DNA of 64,000 nucleotides from Holophagales bacterium. GTDB lineage: Bacteria > Acidobacteriota > Thermoanaerobaculia > Multivoradales > Multivoraceae. Below are positions 10,897 to 20,442 of this stretch, piece by piece (the stretch's first letter is position 1; each line of letters starts with the position of its first letter). Location of the stretch: NCBI GenBank assembly GCA_009836625.1, contig VXVC01000003.1:17218-81217 (forward strand). Direction: 5' to 3'. The notes below the pieces were generated by a model. That model ran no database searches, was not told the origin of the DNA, and was given only the letters and a program-made list of their open reading frames with translations. Both the position numbers and the translations under genes were made by a program.

Positions 10897-11755
10897 TCAG
10901 GCGACCTCCCCTGTGGCTGCCCGGCACGCTTCGACCGTCCTCCTGTTGCGGGACAGCGACCGCGGGGTGGAGGTGTTCATGGAACGCCGCCACATTCAGT
11001 CCGACTTCGTCGGAGGCGCCTACGTCTTCCCGGGCGGCCGGGTCGACCCCGAAGACCGGGTGGACGAAGCGCTGTGCCACGGTCTCAGCGACCGCGAGGC
11101 GAGCGCCCGGCTCGCGCTCGAAGAAGGCGGCCTGACCTTCTACGTCGCCGCGATCCGGGAGTGCTTCGAGGAGGCGGGCGTTCTGCTGGCCTATGACCGG
11201 GACGGACAGATCCTCGACTTCTCGGACCGGGCGGTCGAGCAGCACTTCGAAGGTCTGCGAGCCGAGTTGAATGCCGGCGAACGGTCCCTGCTCGAAATCG
11301 CCGCCGCCGAAGGGCTGACCCTTGCCACGGACCGCATCAGCTACTGGGCGCACTGGATCACCCCCGAGGGCCAGCCGCGACGCTACGACACCCGCTTCTT
11401 CGTGACGCGTGCTCCTCAGAACCAGACCGCAGCCCACGACGACCACGAACTGACGAGTTCCGCCTGGGTCACCGCCCGGGAAGCGCTCGAGCGCGGCCGT
11501 CGCAAGGAGTGGATGATCATCTTCCCCACCATCCGTAACCTGCAGAAGCTCTCCCGGTTCGAGACCGCCGACGCCGCCATCGCCGCCGTCGACGCCCAGG
11601 CGGAGTTCCCGGTCATGCAGCCCCGCGTACTGATGGGCCGGACACCGGACGAACCGGCGCGAGCCGTGCTGCCCGGCGACGAGGGCTACGAGGAAGCGGC
11701 AATGCGCCCCTCCGCGGCGAACGTCAAGGACTGGCAGCGGGCCTTCAGCCGCTAG
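10889..11755 (+). CDS. Nudix hydrolase, NUDT19-like (split Nudix box)
   Basis: VFPGGRVDPED-[insertion]-AAIRECFEEAG, plus WITPEGQPRRYDTRFF and IFPT. Confidence 0.85.
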   Translation: MVDQATSPVAARHASTVLLLRDSDRGVEVFMERRHIQSDFVGGAYVFPGGRVDPEDRVDEALCHGLSDREASARLALEEGGLTFYVAAIRECFEEAGVLLAYDRDGQILDFSDRAVEQHFEGLRAELNAGERSLLEIAAAEGLTLATDRISYWAHWITPEGQPRRYDTRFFVTRAPQNQTAAHDDHELTSSAWVTAREALERGRRKEWMIIFPTIRNLQKLSRFETADAAIAAVDAQAEFPVMQPRVLMGRTPDEPARAVLPGDEGYEEAAMRPSAANVKDWQRAFSR

Positions 11756-11766
11756 GGCGCCTGACA

Positions 11767-12627
11767 GTGAACACCCTCCTGAAGGGCACGCCGGTGCGGC
11801 TGTCCGAGCGCGTCGTGCGCGTCACCCAGGACAACCCGGGCATGTTCACCGGCCCGGGCACGAACACCTACGTCATCGGCGGTGACGGCGGCCCGGCCTT
11901 CGTGCTCGACCCCGGGGAAGAGGACGACGCCCACTTCGAGGCCGTCCTGAGCGCGGTCGGCGACCGGAAGGTGGCGGCCGTGCTGATCAGCCATACGCAC
12001 CGCGACCACTGGCCCCTGGCCCCGCGGATCGCCGAGCACACAGGCGCCGAGATCCGCGCCTTCAGCGAGCAGCCGCCGTTCACCGCGGGCCCGCGCCTCG
12101 AGGACGACTTCCGGCTCTCAGCCGGCGCTACGACCCTGGTAGCCCTCCACACCCCGGGCCACGCCAGCGACCACCTCTGCTTCCTGCTGGAGGAAGAACG
12201 GGCCGTCTTCACGGCCGACCTGGTGATGGGCTGGTCGACCTCGATCATCGCTCCACCCGACGGCAACCTGAACCAGTACATGGCCTCCCTCGAGCGGCTC
12301 CTCGAGTTAGGCCGGGGCGACGGCATCGACATCCTGTACCCGGGCCACGGCGAGTCGATCAAGCCACCGCTCGACCGGGTCCGCGAGATCCATCGCCACC
12401 GCCAGCAACGCACCGACCAGGCTCTCGAAGCCATTGCCGCCGGCGTCGCCACCATCCCCGAGATGGTCGAGCGCATCTACACCGACGTCGACCCCAAGCT
12501 CCACGGTCCCGCCGCCTTCTCGCTACGGGCACACCTGGATGCGTTGGTCGAAGAGGGCAAGGTGGCCGAGACCGAGCCGGGTCGATACGAGCTAGCGGTG
12601 AATCGGCGTGGTGCGGGAGGCGGCTGA
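11767..12627 (+). CDS. MBL-fold metallo-hydrolase, LACTB2-like, with C-terminal winged-helix-like region
   Basis: NPGMFTGPGTNTY, SHTHRDH, TPGHASDH, TADLVMG, YMASLERL, PGHG, HRQQR. Confidence 0.88.
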   Translation: MNTLLKGTPVRLSERVVRVTQDNPGMFTGPGTNTYVIGGDGGPAFVLDPGEEDDAHFEAVLSAVGDRKVAAVLISHTHRDHWPLAPRIAEHTGAEIRAFSEQPPFTAGPRLEDDFRLSAGATTLVALHTPGHASDHLCFLLEEERAVFTADLVMGWSTSIIAPPDGNLNQYMASLERLLELGRGDGIDILYPGHGESIKPPLDRVREIHRHRQQRTDQALEAIAAGVATIPEMVERIYTDVDPKLHGPAAFSLRAHLDALVEEGKVAETEPGRYELAVNRRGAGGG

Positions 12628-12642
12628 GGCCGCTGTCGCGCG

Positions 12643-14658
12643 TCAGCGCCGCCAGGGCGCCCGGACCGGTCGACCAGCCTGGTACGCGGCCAGCCGCTTC
12701 CGGGCATCCGGCAGCGCTTCTGTCGCCCCGGCACGTTCCAGGTTCTCGATGAGCCGTTGCTGCCAGGCGACGGCCTGCTCGAAGTCGCCGGTCTCGGCGT
12801 AGGCGAGGGCGACAGCAGCGCCGTGGGCCGGGGTCTGGGCGCGCTGGAACAGGTCGGTGGCCAGGTTCAGGGCCATGGCTCCGTCCCGGACGGAGTCGTC
12901 TTCGGAGGCGGCCAGGACCTCGGCTAGGAGCAGGGCAAAGAAGCCGCTGCCACCCTGGTCGGGAAGTGCGAGGGTCTGTTCCAGCATGAGGCGGACCCGG
13001 GCGTCTTCGCCGGCGAGCAGCAGGGCGGTTACCTCGGCCGCGCGGGCCCTGCTGTCGCCGGGGTCGAGTTCGAGCGCGCGGCGGGCGGCGAGGGCGGCTT
13101 CCGTGAACTGGCCCAGCCGGCCGAGCGCCGTGCCCAGGTTGAAGTACCCCTCCTTCAGTGTCGGGTTGGCCGCGATGGCCCGCTGGTAGAGGGGAATCGC
13201 CTCCTCGTAGCGCTCCTGCTGGGTGCGGATGTTGCCGAGTTCGAAGTGGGCCTGACTCAACAGGGGCGGGTCGGCCCCGGCTTCGATCAGTTGCTCGAAG
13301 CGGCGGGCGGCCGAGGCCGGCCGGCCGAGTTCCTGTTCGATTCGGCCGAGCAGCAGCACGATCTCGCGATCGAATCCGAAGTCCGCCAGCAGGGACTCGA
13401 ATTCGCGGAGGGCGAGTTCCCGGCGGCCGCCGAGCCGGTAGTTGCCTGCCCGGTGGAAGCGGAGATTGCGATCGTCCGGGGCCAATTCCAGTGCGCGGGT
13501 CAGGGCTTCCGCGGCTTCCAGGTGGTCGTCCGTCTCGCCGAGACTTCTTGCCAACTCCACCCACGCCGGCCCGAACGAGGGTTCGATCTCGACCGCGCGC
13601 CGGAGCCGCTGGGCCGCGGCCTGGTAGCGCCCCTCGTTGTTGTAGAGCAGCCCGGTCTGGAACAGGAGCCCGACATCGTTCGGGCTCAGGTTCAGGGCCT
13701 CCTGGTACCACATGGCGGCTTCCGCCCGCCGGCCCATGCCCTCCAGCGCCGTCGCCAGCGACCTCTTCGCCGCCGCGCTCTCCGGATAGTCGCGGACCGC
13801 CTCCCGGAACCGCTCTTCGGCGGTCTCGAACGCGTTCGCTGCCAGCGCGACGCGCCCGAGCAGCAACTGGGCCCCGATGCCGGTCGCTGACTCCTTGATT
13901 TCCGCGGCGATCGGGTCGGCGAAGGCCACCGTGGCTTCACCCCGGAGTTCCATCGCGGCGCGCATCGCCGCGTCGTCGCCGAGCGCGCGGTGAGCAAGGG
14001 CGATGTGGTAGTGGAGCGAATCGGCCCGCGGCTGCTCCCGCAGTGCCGTCCGGAAGTGCTGGAGCGCCGTGGTCGGGTCGTCCGTCTCGAAGGCGACGCG
14101 GCCGAGACCGAAGTGAGCCGCAGCCGTGGATCCGGGCAGTGCGAGGGCGCGCTGATAGTGGCCGCGAGCCTCTTCGTACCGTCCCAGCTCAAGATGCACA
14201 CGGCCGAGGCGGATCGCGGTCGCGGCGTCGTCGGGACGGAGCGTCCTGGCCAGGTCATAGGCCTCGACCGCTTCCTCGAGCTCTCCCAGGTGCTCCGCGG
14301 CGCTGCCGAGCAGATAGCGCCAGCGGAAGTTCCGGGGCTGCAGCTCCGCGGCGTTGGTGAGGCAGGCTCTCGCGGCCGGCAGGAGGTCGTAGACGAGGTA
14401 GAGCTGGCCAGCGTCGCCGAACAGGAGCCCCAACTGCTCGGCCGCGGCGCCGGTCGGCGTCCCCCGGGCGAGCGCCTCCTCGAGCAACCCGCGCTGCTGG
14501 TCGATCTGGTCGCGTACGGCCTCGTCGACCCCGCGCAGGTCGACTTCGGGCACCGGGATCAGCGTGGGCGTTGCGGTCTGTGCGTGGAGACCGGTGGCGA
14601 GAGGCGCCAGGAGCGCGATGATCAGCGCGCCGTCACGGAGGCGGATTGGCTTCGTCAT
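12643..14658 (-). CDS. Secreted tetratricopeptide repeat protein
   Basis: Signal peptide (ATGLHA-Q) and many TPR helices (e.g. AHFGLGRVA, YFNLGTALGRLG); C-terminal LAASEDDSVRDG..AL.LA motif. Confidence 0.88.
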   Translation of the reverse strand: MTKPIRLRDGALIIALLAPLATGLHAQTATPTLIPVPEVDLRGVDEAVRDQIDQQRGLLEEALARGTPTGAAAEQLGLLFGDAGQLYLVYDLLPAARACLTNAAELQPRNFRWRYLLGSAAEHLGELEEAVEAYDLARTLRPDDAATAIRLGRVHLELGRYEEARGHYQRALALPGSTAAAHFGLGRVAFETDDPTTALQHFRTALREQPRADSLHYHIALAHRALGDDAAMRAAMELRGEATVAFADPIAAEIKESATGIGAQLLLGRVALAANAFETAEERFREAVRDYPESAAAKRSLATALEGMGRRAEAAMWYQEALNLSPNDVGLLFQTGLLYNNEGRYQAAAQRLRRAVEIEPSFGPAWVELARSLGETDDHLEAAEALTRALELAPDDRNLRFHRAGNYRLGGRRELALREFESLLADFGFDREIVLLLGRIEQELGRPASAARRFEQLIEAGADPPLLSQAHFELGNIRTQQERYEEAIPLYQRAIAANPTLKEGYFNLGTALGRLGQFTEAALAARRALELDPGDSRARAAEVTALLLAGEDARVRLMLEQTLALPDQGGSGFFALLLAEVLAASEDDSVRDGAMALNLATDLFQRAQTPAHGAAVALAYAETGDFEQAVAWQQRLIENLERAGATEALPDARKRLAAYQAGRPVRAPWRR

Positions 14659-16433
14659 GGTGCCTCGTCTTCCCGCTCGTCGCGCCGTTCACCGGTGCCG
14701 CGAACCAGGGGAGTGTAGGCCCTGGGCGGGGGCGCGGGCCACTCCTCGATCGTCCCGTCCGTCCACTGGACCTCGACGCGGTCGATTCGGGGGCCGCCCG
14801 ATGGGATCGCGATCCGGGGATCTCCCCAGGAGGCGTAACTCCCGCCGCCCCCGGCAAGTCGGACCAGCGGCGGTGCTCCCGTTCGGTGCACGCGCACGGT
14901 GACGCCGGATGCTGGCCGGTGGCCGCGGCTCGCGTCCAGCAGGGGCGCCACGCCGAGCCAGCCGGCGTCCGTGTCGGCCCGGTTAAGCAGTAACCGGGCG
15001 GGGCCGTTGTTGTTCGTGATGACGAGGTCCGTGTCGCCGTCGTTGTCCACGTCGCCGGCGGCCAGACCGCGACTGACGAACGGGGTCTCGCCATCGAGTC
15101 GTCCGGTGGGCGCCGGTTCGAAGCGGCGCCCGACCCCGCCACCGGCCACGTTCAGGAAGGCCTGGTTCGGTTGATCGAGGGGGAACGGATCGTCTTCCGT
15201 GCGTGGTCTTCCGGCGGCGAACGTGACGGCGCCGTTGACCGCCGCGAGATCGAGCCAGCCGTCGTTGTCGAGGTCGACGAAGGCAGTGCCGAAGGACGTT
15301 GCGTCCCAGCTCGGCCGGCCGAGACCGGTCGCGTTCGTGCGATCCCGGAACTGGACCGCGCCCGGTTGCGAGTCGTTCCGGTAGAGCGTGTTCGTCTCGC
15401 GGTGGAAATGGGTCAGGAACAGGTCGAGGTCGCCGTCTCCGTCGTAGTCGCCGGCCGCGACGCCCATGCTCGCCTCGGCCTCGCCGTCCGCGTTGAGAGC
15501 CGCGCCGCTGATCAGCCCCTCCTCGACCAGTTGGCCGTTGCCCCCGTTGAGCCAGAGGTGATTCGGCATCAGATCGTTCGCGACGTAGAAGTCGAGTCTC
15601 CGGTCGCCATCGAGGTCGGCCGCGAGGATGCCCAGCCCGTTTCCCGGTCGCACCGCGGTCAGGCCGCCCGTGATCGTCGCGTTCTCAAATCCTCCGGAGC
15701 CGTCGTTCACCAGCAAGCCGTCGGGCGCCGGCTGGTAGGCGCTCGGCAGACAGTAGTCGACCTCTCCCCGCTCGGTCAGACAGGTCTTGTGCGTGGCTAG
15801 GGAGAAGTTGAGGTAGTTCACGATGAACAGGTCGAGGTCCAGGTCGCCGTCATAGTCGGCTGCCGCCGCGGCGACGCTCCAGCGGGGATCGCCCGTACCG
15901 CTCGCCTCGGTGCGGTCGCTGAAGGTCCCGTCGCCCTCGTTGTGCCAGAGCTGGTTGGCCCCCAGGTTCAGGACGTAGAGGTCCACCCAGCCGTCGTTGT
16001 CGAGATCCGCCGCGACGACGCCCATGCCGTAGCCCGTGGCCGCGATGCCGCTCTCCTCGGTGACGTCGATGAAGCGGACCGTGGCGCGGTCGTCGCTCAA
16101 CTCCAGGTCGTTGCGGTACAGGCGGTCCCGGGGTGGCCAGTCGCCCGTCCACGGTGTGGTCGCGGAGTTCCGGTCTCCGTCGTTGCCGAGGAGGTTGCCC
16201 TGGACCAGGTAGAGGTCGAGATCACCGTCGTTGTCGTAGTCGAAGAGCGCCGCGCCGGCGCCGACGACTTCCGGGTAGTAGAGCTGCCCGCTCATGCCGT
16301 TCCAGTGCTCGAAGGCGAGACCGGCACTTCTGGTGGCGTCGGTGAAGAGGACTTCACGCTCTCCCGCGCGCGCGGGGCCGGACAGCACGGCTGCCGCTAA
16401 CGCAACGGCGGCGCCGGCGGTGTGCGCCCTCAT
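14655..16433 (-). CDS. CRTAC1/ASPIC-UnbV family protein (FG-GAP repeats)
   Basis: Signal peptide; repeated DYDNDGDLD / DLDNDGWxD Ca-binding loops; EASMG, SRGLAAGD; C-terminal GGGSYAS...VQWTDG ASPIC domain. Confidence 0.9.
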   Translation of the reverse strand: MRAHTAGAAVALAAAVLSGPARAGEREVLFTDATRSAGLAFEHWNGMSGQLYYPEVVGAGAALFDYDNDGDLDLYLVQGNLLGNDGDRNSATTPWTGDWPPRDRLYRNDLELSDDRATVRFIDVTEESGIAATGYGMGVVAADLDNDGWVDLYVLNLGANQLWHNEGDGTFSDRTEASGTGDPRWSVAAAAADYDGDLDLDLFIVNYLNFSLATHKTCLTERGEVDYCLPSAYQPAPDGLLVNDGSGGFENATITGGLTAVRPGNGLGILAADLDGDRRLDFYVANDLMPNHLWLNGGNGQLVEEGLISGAALNADGEAEASMGVAAGDYDGDGDLDLFLTHFHRETNTLYRNDSQPGAVQFRDRTNATGLGRPSWDATSFGTAFVDLDNDGWLDLAAVNGAVTFAAGRPRTEDDPFPLDQPNQAFLNVAGGGVGRRFEPAPTGRLDGETPFVSRGLAAGDVDNDGDTDLVITNNNGPARLLLNRADTDAGWLGVAPLLDASRGHRPASGVTVRVHRTGAPPLVRLAGGGGSYASWGDPRIAIPSGGPRIDRVEVQWTDGTIEEWPAPPPRAYTPLVRGTGERRDEREDEAP

Positions 16434-18625
16434 CGGTCACCGCCGAGACGGAAGGAGGATGTCTCGACGCGTTCGAGAACGTCCTCGCGCTCGGAGACCC
16501 GGTACACCGCTCGCGGATCCACGTCCTCGAAGATCTGGGCCTTGCCGCTACCCATCCACCGCACGCGGATCTCATCGATTCGCGTGGCGTCTCCAAGGCC
16601 CACTTCGAGTTGCATGCTGTTGCCGCCGAAGGAGCCGCCCGAACCGACCAGACGATGGATCGTTCGGTTACCGCCGGGCCCGTCGACGGAGAGGGCGACC
16701 CGCGAACCGACGCCGAAACGGTTGGCGCCCGAGCCGGCCGGACCGGCGCCGGCGAAGCGCAGGGTGATCCAGGCGTTGTCACTGCCCGGATTCTCGAACA
16801 GGGCGTTGCCGAACGTGTCGGTGGGGTAGAAGCCGCCGAGCTGGTGGAGAAGGTCCATGTCGCCGTCGCCGTCCAGGTCGCCGAAGGCCACTCCGTGACC
16901 CTTCTGGAGGTGGCCGAAGCCGCCGGCGAAGGTGACTTCCTCGAAGCGCCGGCCGTTGTAGCGGTACATGACGTTCGGCATCAGGCTGGCGAGGTCCGGT
17001 TCGCCGGTACCCAGGTAGAAATCGAGCCAGCCGTCATTGTCCAGATCGCCGTAGTTCGCGCCCATCGGCAGAGCGGGCCGGCGGATCCCGAGTTCCCGGG
17101 AGACCTCCGTCATCCGCAGCCTGCCGCCGCAGGCGGGTTGCGGCCCGCAGTCGTTCCGGTACAGCAGGGGCTGGCCCACTCCGGGTTCCGAGCCCATGTA
17201 GGAGGCGACGACTTCGGTCGCCTGGTCGCGATAGTCGCCGACGTAGAGATCGAGGTCGCCGTCGTTGTCGTAGTCGAAGAACCAGGTCGCGAAGCTCTCC
17301 CGCTCCGGCTCGGTAACCCCCACCCGAACGGCCTCGTCCTGGAAGACACCCCCCGAGTTCCGGTAGAGGCGGTTGGCGCCGAAGTTGGATACGTAGAGGT
17401 CGAGGTCGCCGTCGTTGTCGACATCGCCCCAGGCGACACCCTTCGCGTAGCGCAGGTTGCTGACCCCGGCTTCGGCGGCTACGTCCTCGAACGTGCCGTC
17501 GCCCAGGTTGCGGAACAACTGCGAGGGGTACTCGTGGGCTTCGCTCGCCTCGTTGCCGACGTAGAGATCGAGGTCGCCGTCGCCGTCGTAGTCGCCCCAG
17601 GTGGCCGCCTGGGTCGGATAGGCCGGTTCGGCCAGGCCGGCCGCCTCGGTGACATCGATGAAGCGGCCGGCGTCGCCGCCGAGTTCGTTGCGCAGAAGCG
17701 AGTTGCGGATGCGGCCCTCCTCCAGCAGCCAGGCGCCGCGCAGCACGAACAGATCGAGGCGGCCGTCACCGTCGTAGTCGGCGTGGATCAGGTTCAGCCC
17801 ACCGAGCTGAGCGCTGAGCCCCCAGGCTTCGCCCGAGTCTTCGAAACCGCCGCTGCCGTCGCCCCGGAAGGCCTGGAGTGGGCCGCACGGATCCCAGGTC
17901 GAGGTGATCAGGTCGAGAATGCCGTCGCCGTCGAAGTCGTCCACGATGGCGCCGCCCGCAAGATCGAGCGCATCGACTCCGAGCTCCGGTCCAAGGTTGC
18001 GCCAGCGCCGGCCCGGGAATGAAGCGGAGGCGAAGACGCTCTCGCTGATGCGGAACTCGGGAGGCACTCCGTCCGGGAAGTCCCCGGTCAACCGTCGCGC
18101 TACGTTGAGAAGCCACCTGGCCCGGTGCCTCCATGGGCCGGTTGGGCGACCCTCCTCCAGCATGTCGAGGAAGAGGTCACCCGCCGCGCGGGCGTGTTCG
18201 GGACGGCTATGGACCGCGGCGGAAGTAAGCGGGAGGATGCAACTGTCGGCCGAGTGGCCCGCGTCGCCATGATGGACGCAGTTCAGATCCTCGGCGCGCT
18301 GGAGGTGGGCCAGGGCGAGGTTCCACTCGGGAATGGTCGGCCGTACGTCACGTGTCGCGGCCAGGGCCCCGGTAGCCGCCGACAGGTGGGTGATCGCCCC
18401 CGCCGTGTCGCCGAGCCGGAGCAGTTCGCCGCCGAGTTGCGCCTCGATCTCCGGGCTGTTCGGGTTGGAAGACAGGCTCGCTCGAAGCTCGTCCGCGAAT
18501 CTCGTGCCGAAGTAGGCGTTCGAGCCGTCCGTCAGCCGCTTGCACGATTCCGCGAAATCGTCGGGAGGCGCAGCCGCCAGGGGAGCTGCGAGCAGGACCA
18601 GACTGGCGAGCCCGCGGGCCGGCAT
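16430..18625 (-). CDS. CRTAC1/ASPIC-UnbV family protein with helical N-terminal domain
   Basis: Signal peptide; E..NC..H....SCILP segment; multiple GDxDxDG repeats; GHLQKGHG; GSGGSFGGNS..EVGLG ASPIC domain. Confidence 0.9.
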   Translation of the reverse strand: MPARGLASLVLLAAPLAAAPPDDFAESCKRLTDGSNAYFGTRFADELRASLSSNPNSPEIEAQLGGELLRLGDTAGAITHLSAATGALAATRDVRPTIPEWNLALAHLQRAEDLNCVHHGDAGHSADSCILPLTSAAVHSRPEHARAAGDLFLDMLEEGRPTGPWRHRARWLLNVARRLTGDFPDGVPPEFRISESVFASASFPGRRWRNLGPELGVDALDLAGGAIVDDFDGDGILDLITSTWDPCGPLQAFRGDGSGGFEDSGEAWGLSAQLGGLNLIHADYDGDGRLDLFVLRGAWLLEEGRIRNSLLRNELGGDAGRFIDVTEAAGLAEPAYPTQAATWGDYDGDGDLDLYVGNEASEAHEYPSQLFRNLGDGTFEDVAAEAGVSNLRYAKGVAWGDVDNDGDLDLYVSNFGANRLYRNSGGVFQDEAVRVGVTEPERESFATWFFDYDNDGDLDLYVGDYRDQATEVVASYMGSEPGVGQPLLYRNDCGPQPACGGRLRMTEVSRELGIRRPALPMGANYGDLDNDGWLDFYLGTGEPDLASLMPNVMYRYNGRRFEEVTFAGGFGHLQKGHGVAFGDLDGDGDMDLLHQLGGFYPTDTFGNALFENPGSDNAWITLRFAGAGPAGSGANRFGVGSRVALSVDGPGGNRTIHRLVGSGGSFGGNSMQLEVGLGDATRIDEIRVRWMGSGKAQIFEDVDPRAVYRVSEREDVLERVETSSFRLGGDR

Positions 18626-18637
18626 GGCGGGAGACTA

Positions 18638-20350
18638 CTACGCCCGAGCGTTCTCCTCTTCCGCGTCGGCCGTGTCGTCCCCGTCACTCGCAGGTGGAGG
18701 CGTCGGCGGCAGGGTCTGGGCCGCCTTTGCGCCGAAGCGAGACGTACCGAAGGCGGTCATGCAGGCGGCGCCGAGGCCGATCGTCCATGCCAGGTAGCAG
18801 ATCACGAGGCCCGGGAAGCCGAACATGAAGCGGAAGAACCAGGGCAGGCCGAGGAAGCCGAGCAGGTCGGCCACGAGGGCCAGGGCCTGGATCGTGAGCA
18901 CACCGAGAGCGAGAGCGCCGAAGCTGCCGGCCGCGACACCGCTGGCGCCCTTGAAGCGCTTCCGGAACCAGTCCCCGGCGGCGGCCGCCGCTCCGGTGTA
19001 CCCGAGCACGAGGGCGAGCGCCAGGGCAACCAGCGCCGCCGGCCACAGGAGGATGGCGAACGGAATGCCGATCACGGTTACCGCGAGCAGAATGCTGGCG
19101 ACGATCAGGGCCGGCAGGATGAGCAGTTCGATCCCGAAGCCGACCACGAGCATGATCAGCGGGTCAGAAACCGCGGCTGAGCGGACCCGGTCCACGCCCT
19201 TGGGCGACACGAGCAGCACCAGGCCGCTGAGCACGATGAGGAGGCCGGTGAAGATGATCGCCCGGACGAACTCGAACACCTTGCCCACCCGGAAGAAGGG
19301 CGGTCTTTCGCCGACACGAGGGAACCAGTCGCCGCGCCAGCCATCGAACCACTCGCCGTCCCAATCCCACTCGAAGTCGCCCCAATCGACCTCGGATATC
19401 TCTCCGAGCACGGTCGCGCCTTCCTCGCGGCTGACCCTGCCTCCGACGGTGACGATGTCCCCCAGTACCTCCGCCCCCGGACCGAGCTCGACGTCTCCAC
19501 CGATGGCGAGCACCTCGCCCGTCACGCGGCCGTCGATCTTCGCCTCGCCGCCGATTGCGACAGCGTCTCCACGGACTTCCCCGTCGACCTTGATGCCGCC
19601 GCCGATCGAGGTGATGTCGTCTGCCACTTCGTCGCGACCGACCCGCACCGTGCTGCCGAAGGCCACCTTGTTGTCGAGGTCAACGCGCACCACCGGCCCG
19701 CTCTCGTCGTCATCGTCCTCGGCCGCGGCGGCCTCTTCCCGCGTTTCCTCCTCCTGAGCTGCCTGGGCATCCGACTCCTGCTGAGGCTGGCCGAAAGCCA
19801 CACCCGTGCAGCACAGCCCGAAGGCGAGGAGCAGCGCGCCGGCTCTGAAGCCTCGACCCCGTGGCCGATGGACAGGGGCCCGCGACAACCGGTGAAGGAG
19901 ATGGACTCCCGTCAGACAGAGCAGCGTGACCACGGCGATCGCGATCGTCGCCGCCGGTGTGTTCAGGACCATGTCGAGGGCTTCCCCGACCCGGACCGCC
20001 CCGTTCAGGAAGGCCACGCTCTCCGCCAGCACGGCGGCCGCCTGGGTGAGGAGCCAGACCGCGGCGAACAGTGAGGCCTGAAGACCGTCGAGCAGACCCA
20101 GCCACGATGAGGGGACCAGCCAGGCCGCACCGGTGAGCAGGAGGAGCGCGGCCGCCACCGAGACGGCCAGCGGCAGCCGGGCCCAGCGGGGAATCTCGAA
20201 GGGCAGGATCGGCGAGGGGGCCGGCGTCGTGGCCGGTCGGCCGCTCGCGGCCACCTGCCGCATGATGCGTTCCGTGAGTCCCGCCGGAGCGGCGGGATCT
20301 TCCAGCGACTGGAACAGGGTCCGGAGGTCGATTCGGTTCCGCATGTTCAT
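18638..20350 (-). CDS. Anti-sigma-like N-terminus fused to bactofilin-like beta-helix and polytopic membrane domain
   Basis: ATG 20350 with GAGGA RBS. N-terminal L.SL..P.AP..L.ERIM..V then TMs; GG.V..DG.V.G repeats; W/D-rich linker; about 6 C-terminal TMs. Lies directly downstream of an ECF sigma. Confidence 0.7.
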   Translation of the reverse strand: MNMRNRIDLRTLFQSLEDPAAPAGLTERIMRQVAASGRPATTPAPSPILPFEIPRWARLPLAVSVAAALLLLTGAAWLVPSSWLGLLDGLQASLFAAVWLLTQAAAVLAESVAFLNGAVRVGEALDMVLNTPAATIAIAVVTLLCLTGVHLLHRLSRAPVHRPRGRGFRAGALLLAFGLCCTGVAFGQPQQESDAQAAQEEETREEAAAAEDDDDESGPVVRVDLDNKVAFGSTVRVGRDEVADDITSIGGGIKVDGEVRGDAVAIGGEAKIDGRVTGEVLAIGGDVELGPGAEVLGDIVTVGGRVSREEGATVLGEISEVDWGDFEWDWDGEWFDGWRGDWFPRVGERPPFFRVGKVFEFVRAIIFTGLLIVLSGLVLLVSPKGVDRVRSAAVSDPLIMLVVGFGIELLILPALIVASILLAVTVIGIPFAILLWPAALVALALALVLGYTGAAAAAGDWFRKRFKGASGVAAGSFGALALGVLTIQALALVADLLGFLGLPWFFRFMFGFPGLVICYLAWTIGLGAACMTAFGTSRFGAKAAQTLPPTPPPASDGDDTADAEEENARA

Positions 20351-20415
20351 TCCTCGCGGCGTGTGCGGTTGATACGACGGCGACTCGGGCACGACGTTCC
20401 GCATGCCCTTCGCCC

Positions 20416-20442
20416 TACGTTGGCGGGGTGGCCGTGGTTTCA
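20416..20442 (-). promoter_or_regulatory. SigW-type ECF promoter, TGAAAC-N17-CGTA
   Basis: Minus strand reads TGAAAC (20442-20437), 17 nt, CGTA (20419-20416), close to the B. subtilis SigW consensus TGAAAC-N16-CGTA. It overlaps the sigma stop codon and points into the anti-sigma-like gene. Confidence 0.55.

Noticed and set aside
11767-12627. Metallo-beta-lactamase resistance gene
   Set aside because: Cytoplasmic LACTB2-like signature and Nudix linkage; the fold alone does not imply resistance.
14655-18625. Recurrent gtcgccgtcgttgtc-like sequences as a CRISPR or DNA repeat array
   Set aside because: They are degenerate, irregularly spaced and in frame; they encode FG-GAP DxDxDG loops.
14655-18625. 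Enediyne biosynthetic cluster suggested by UnbV domains
   Set aside because: No PKS, thioesterase or other enediyne cassette genes are in the window.
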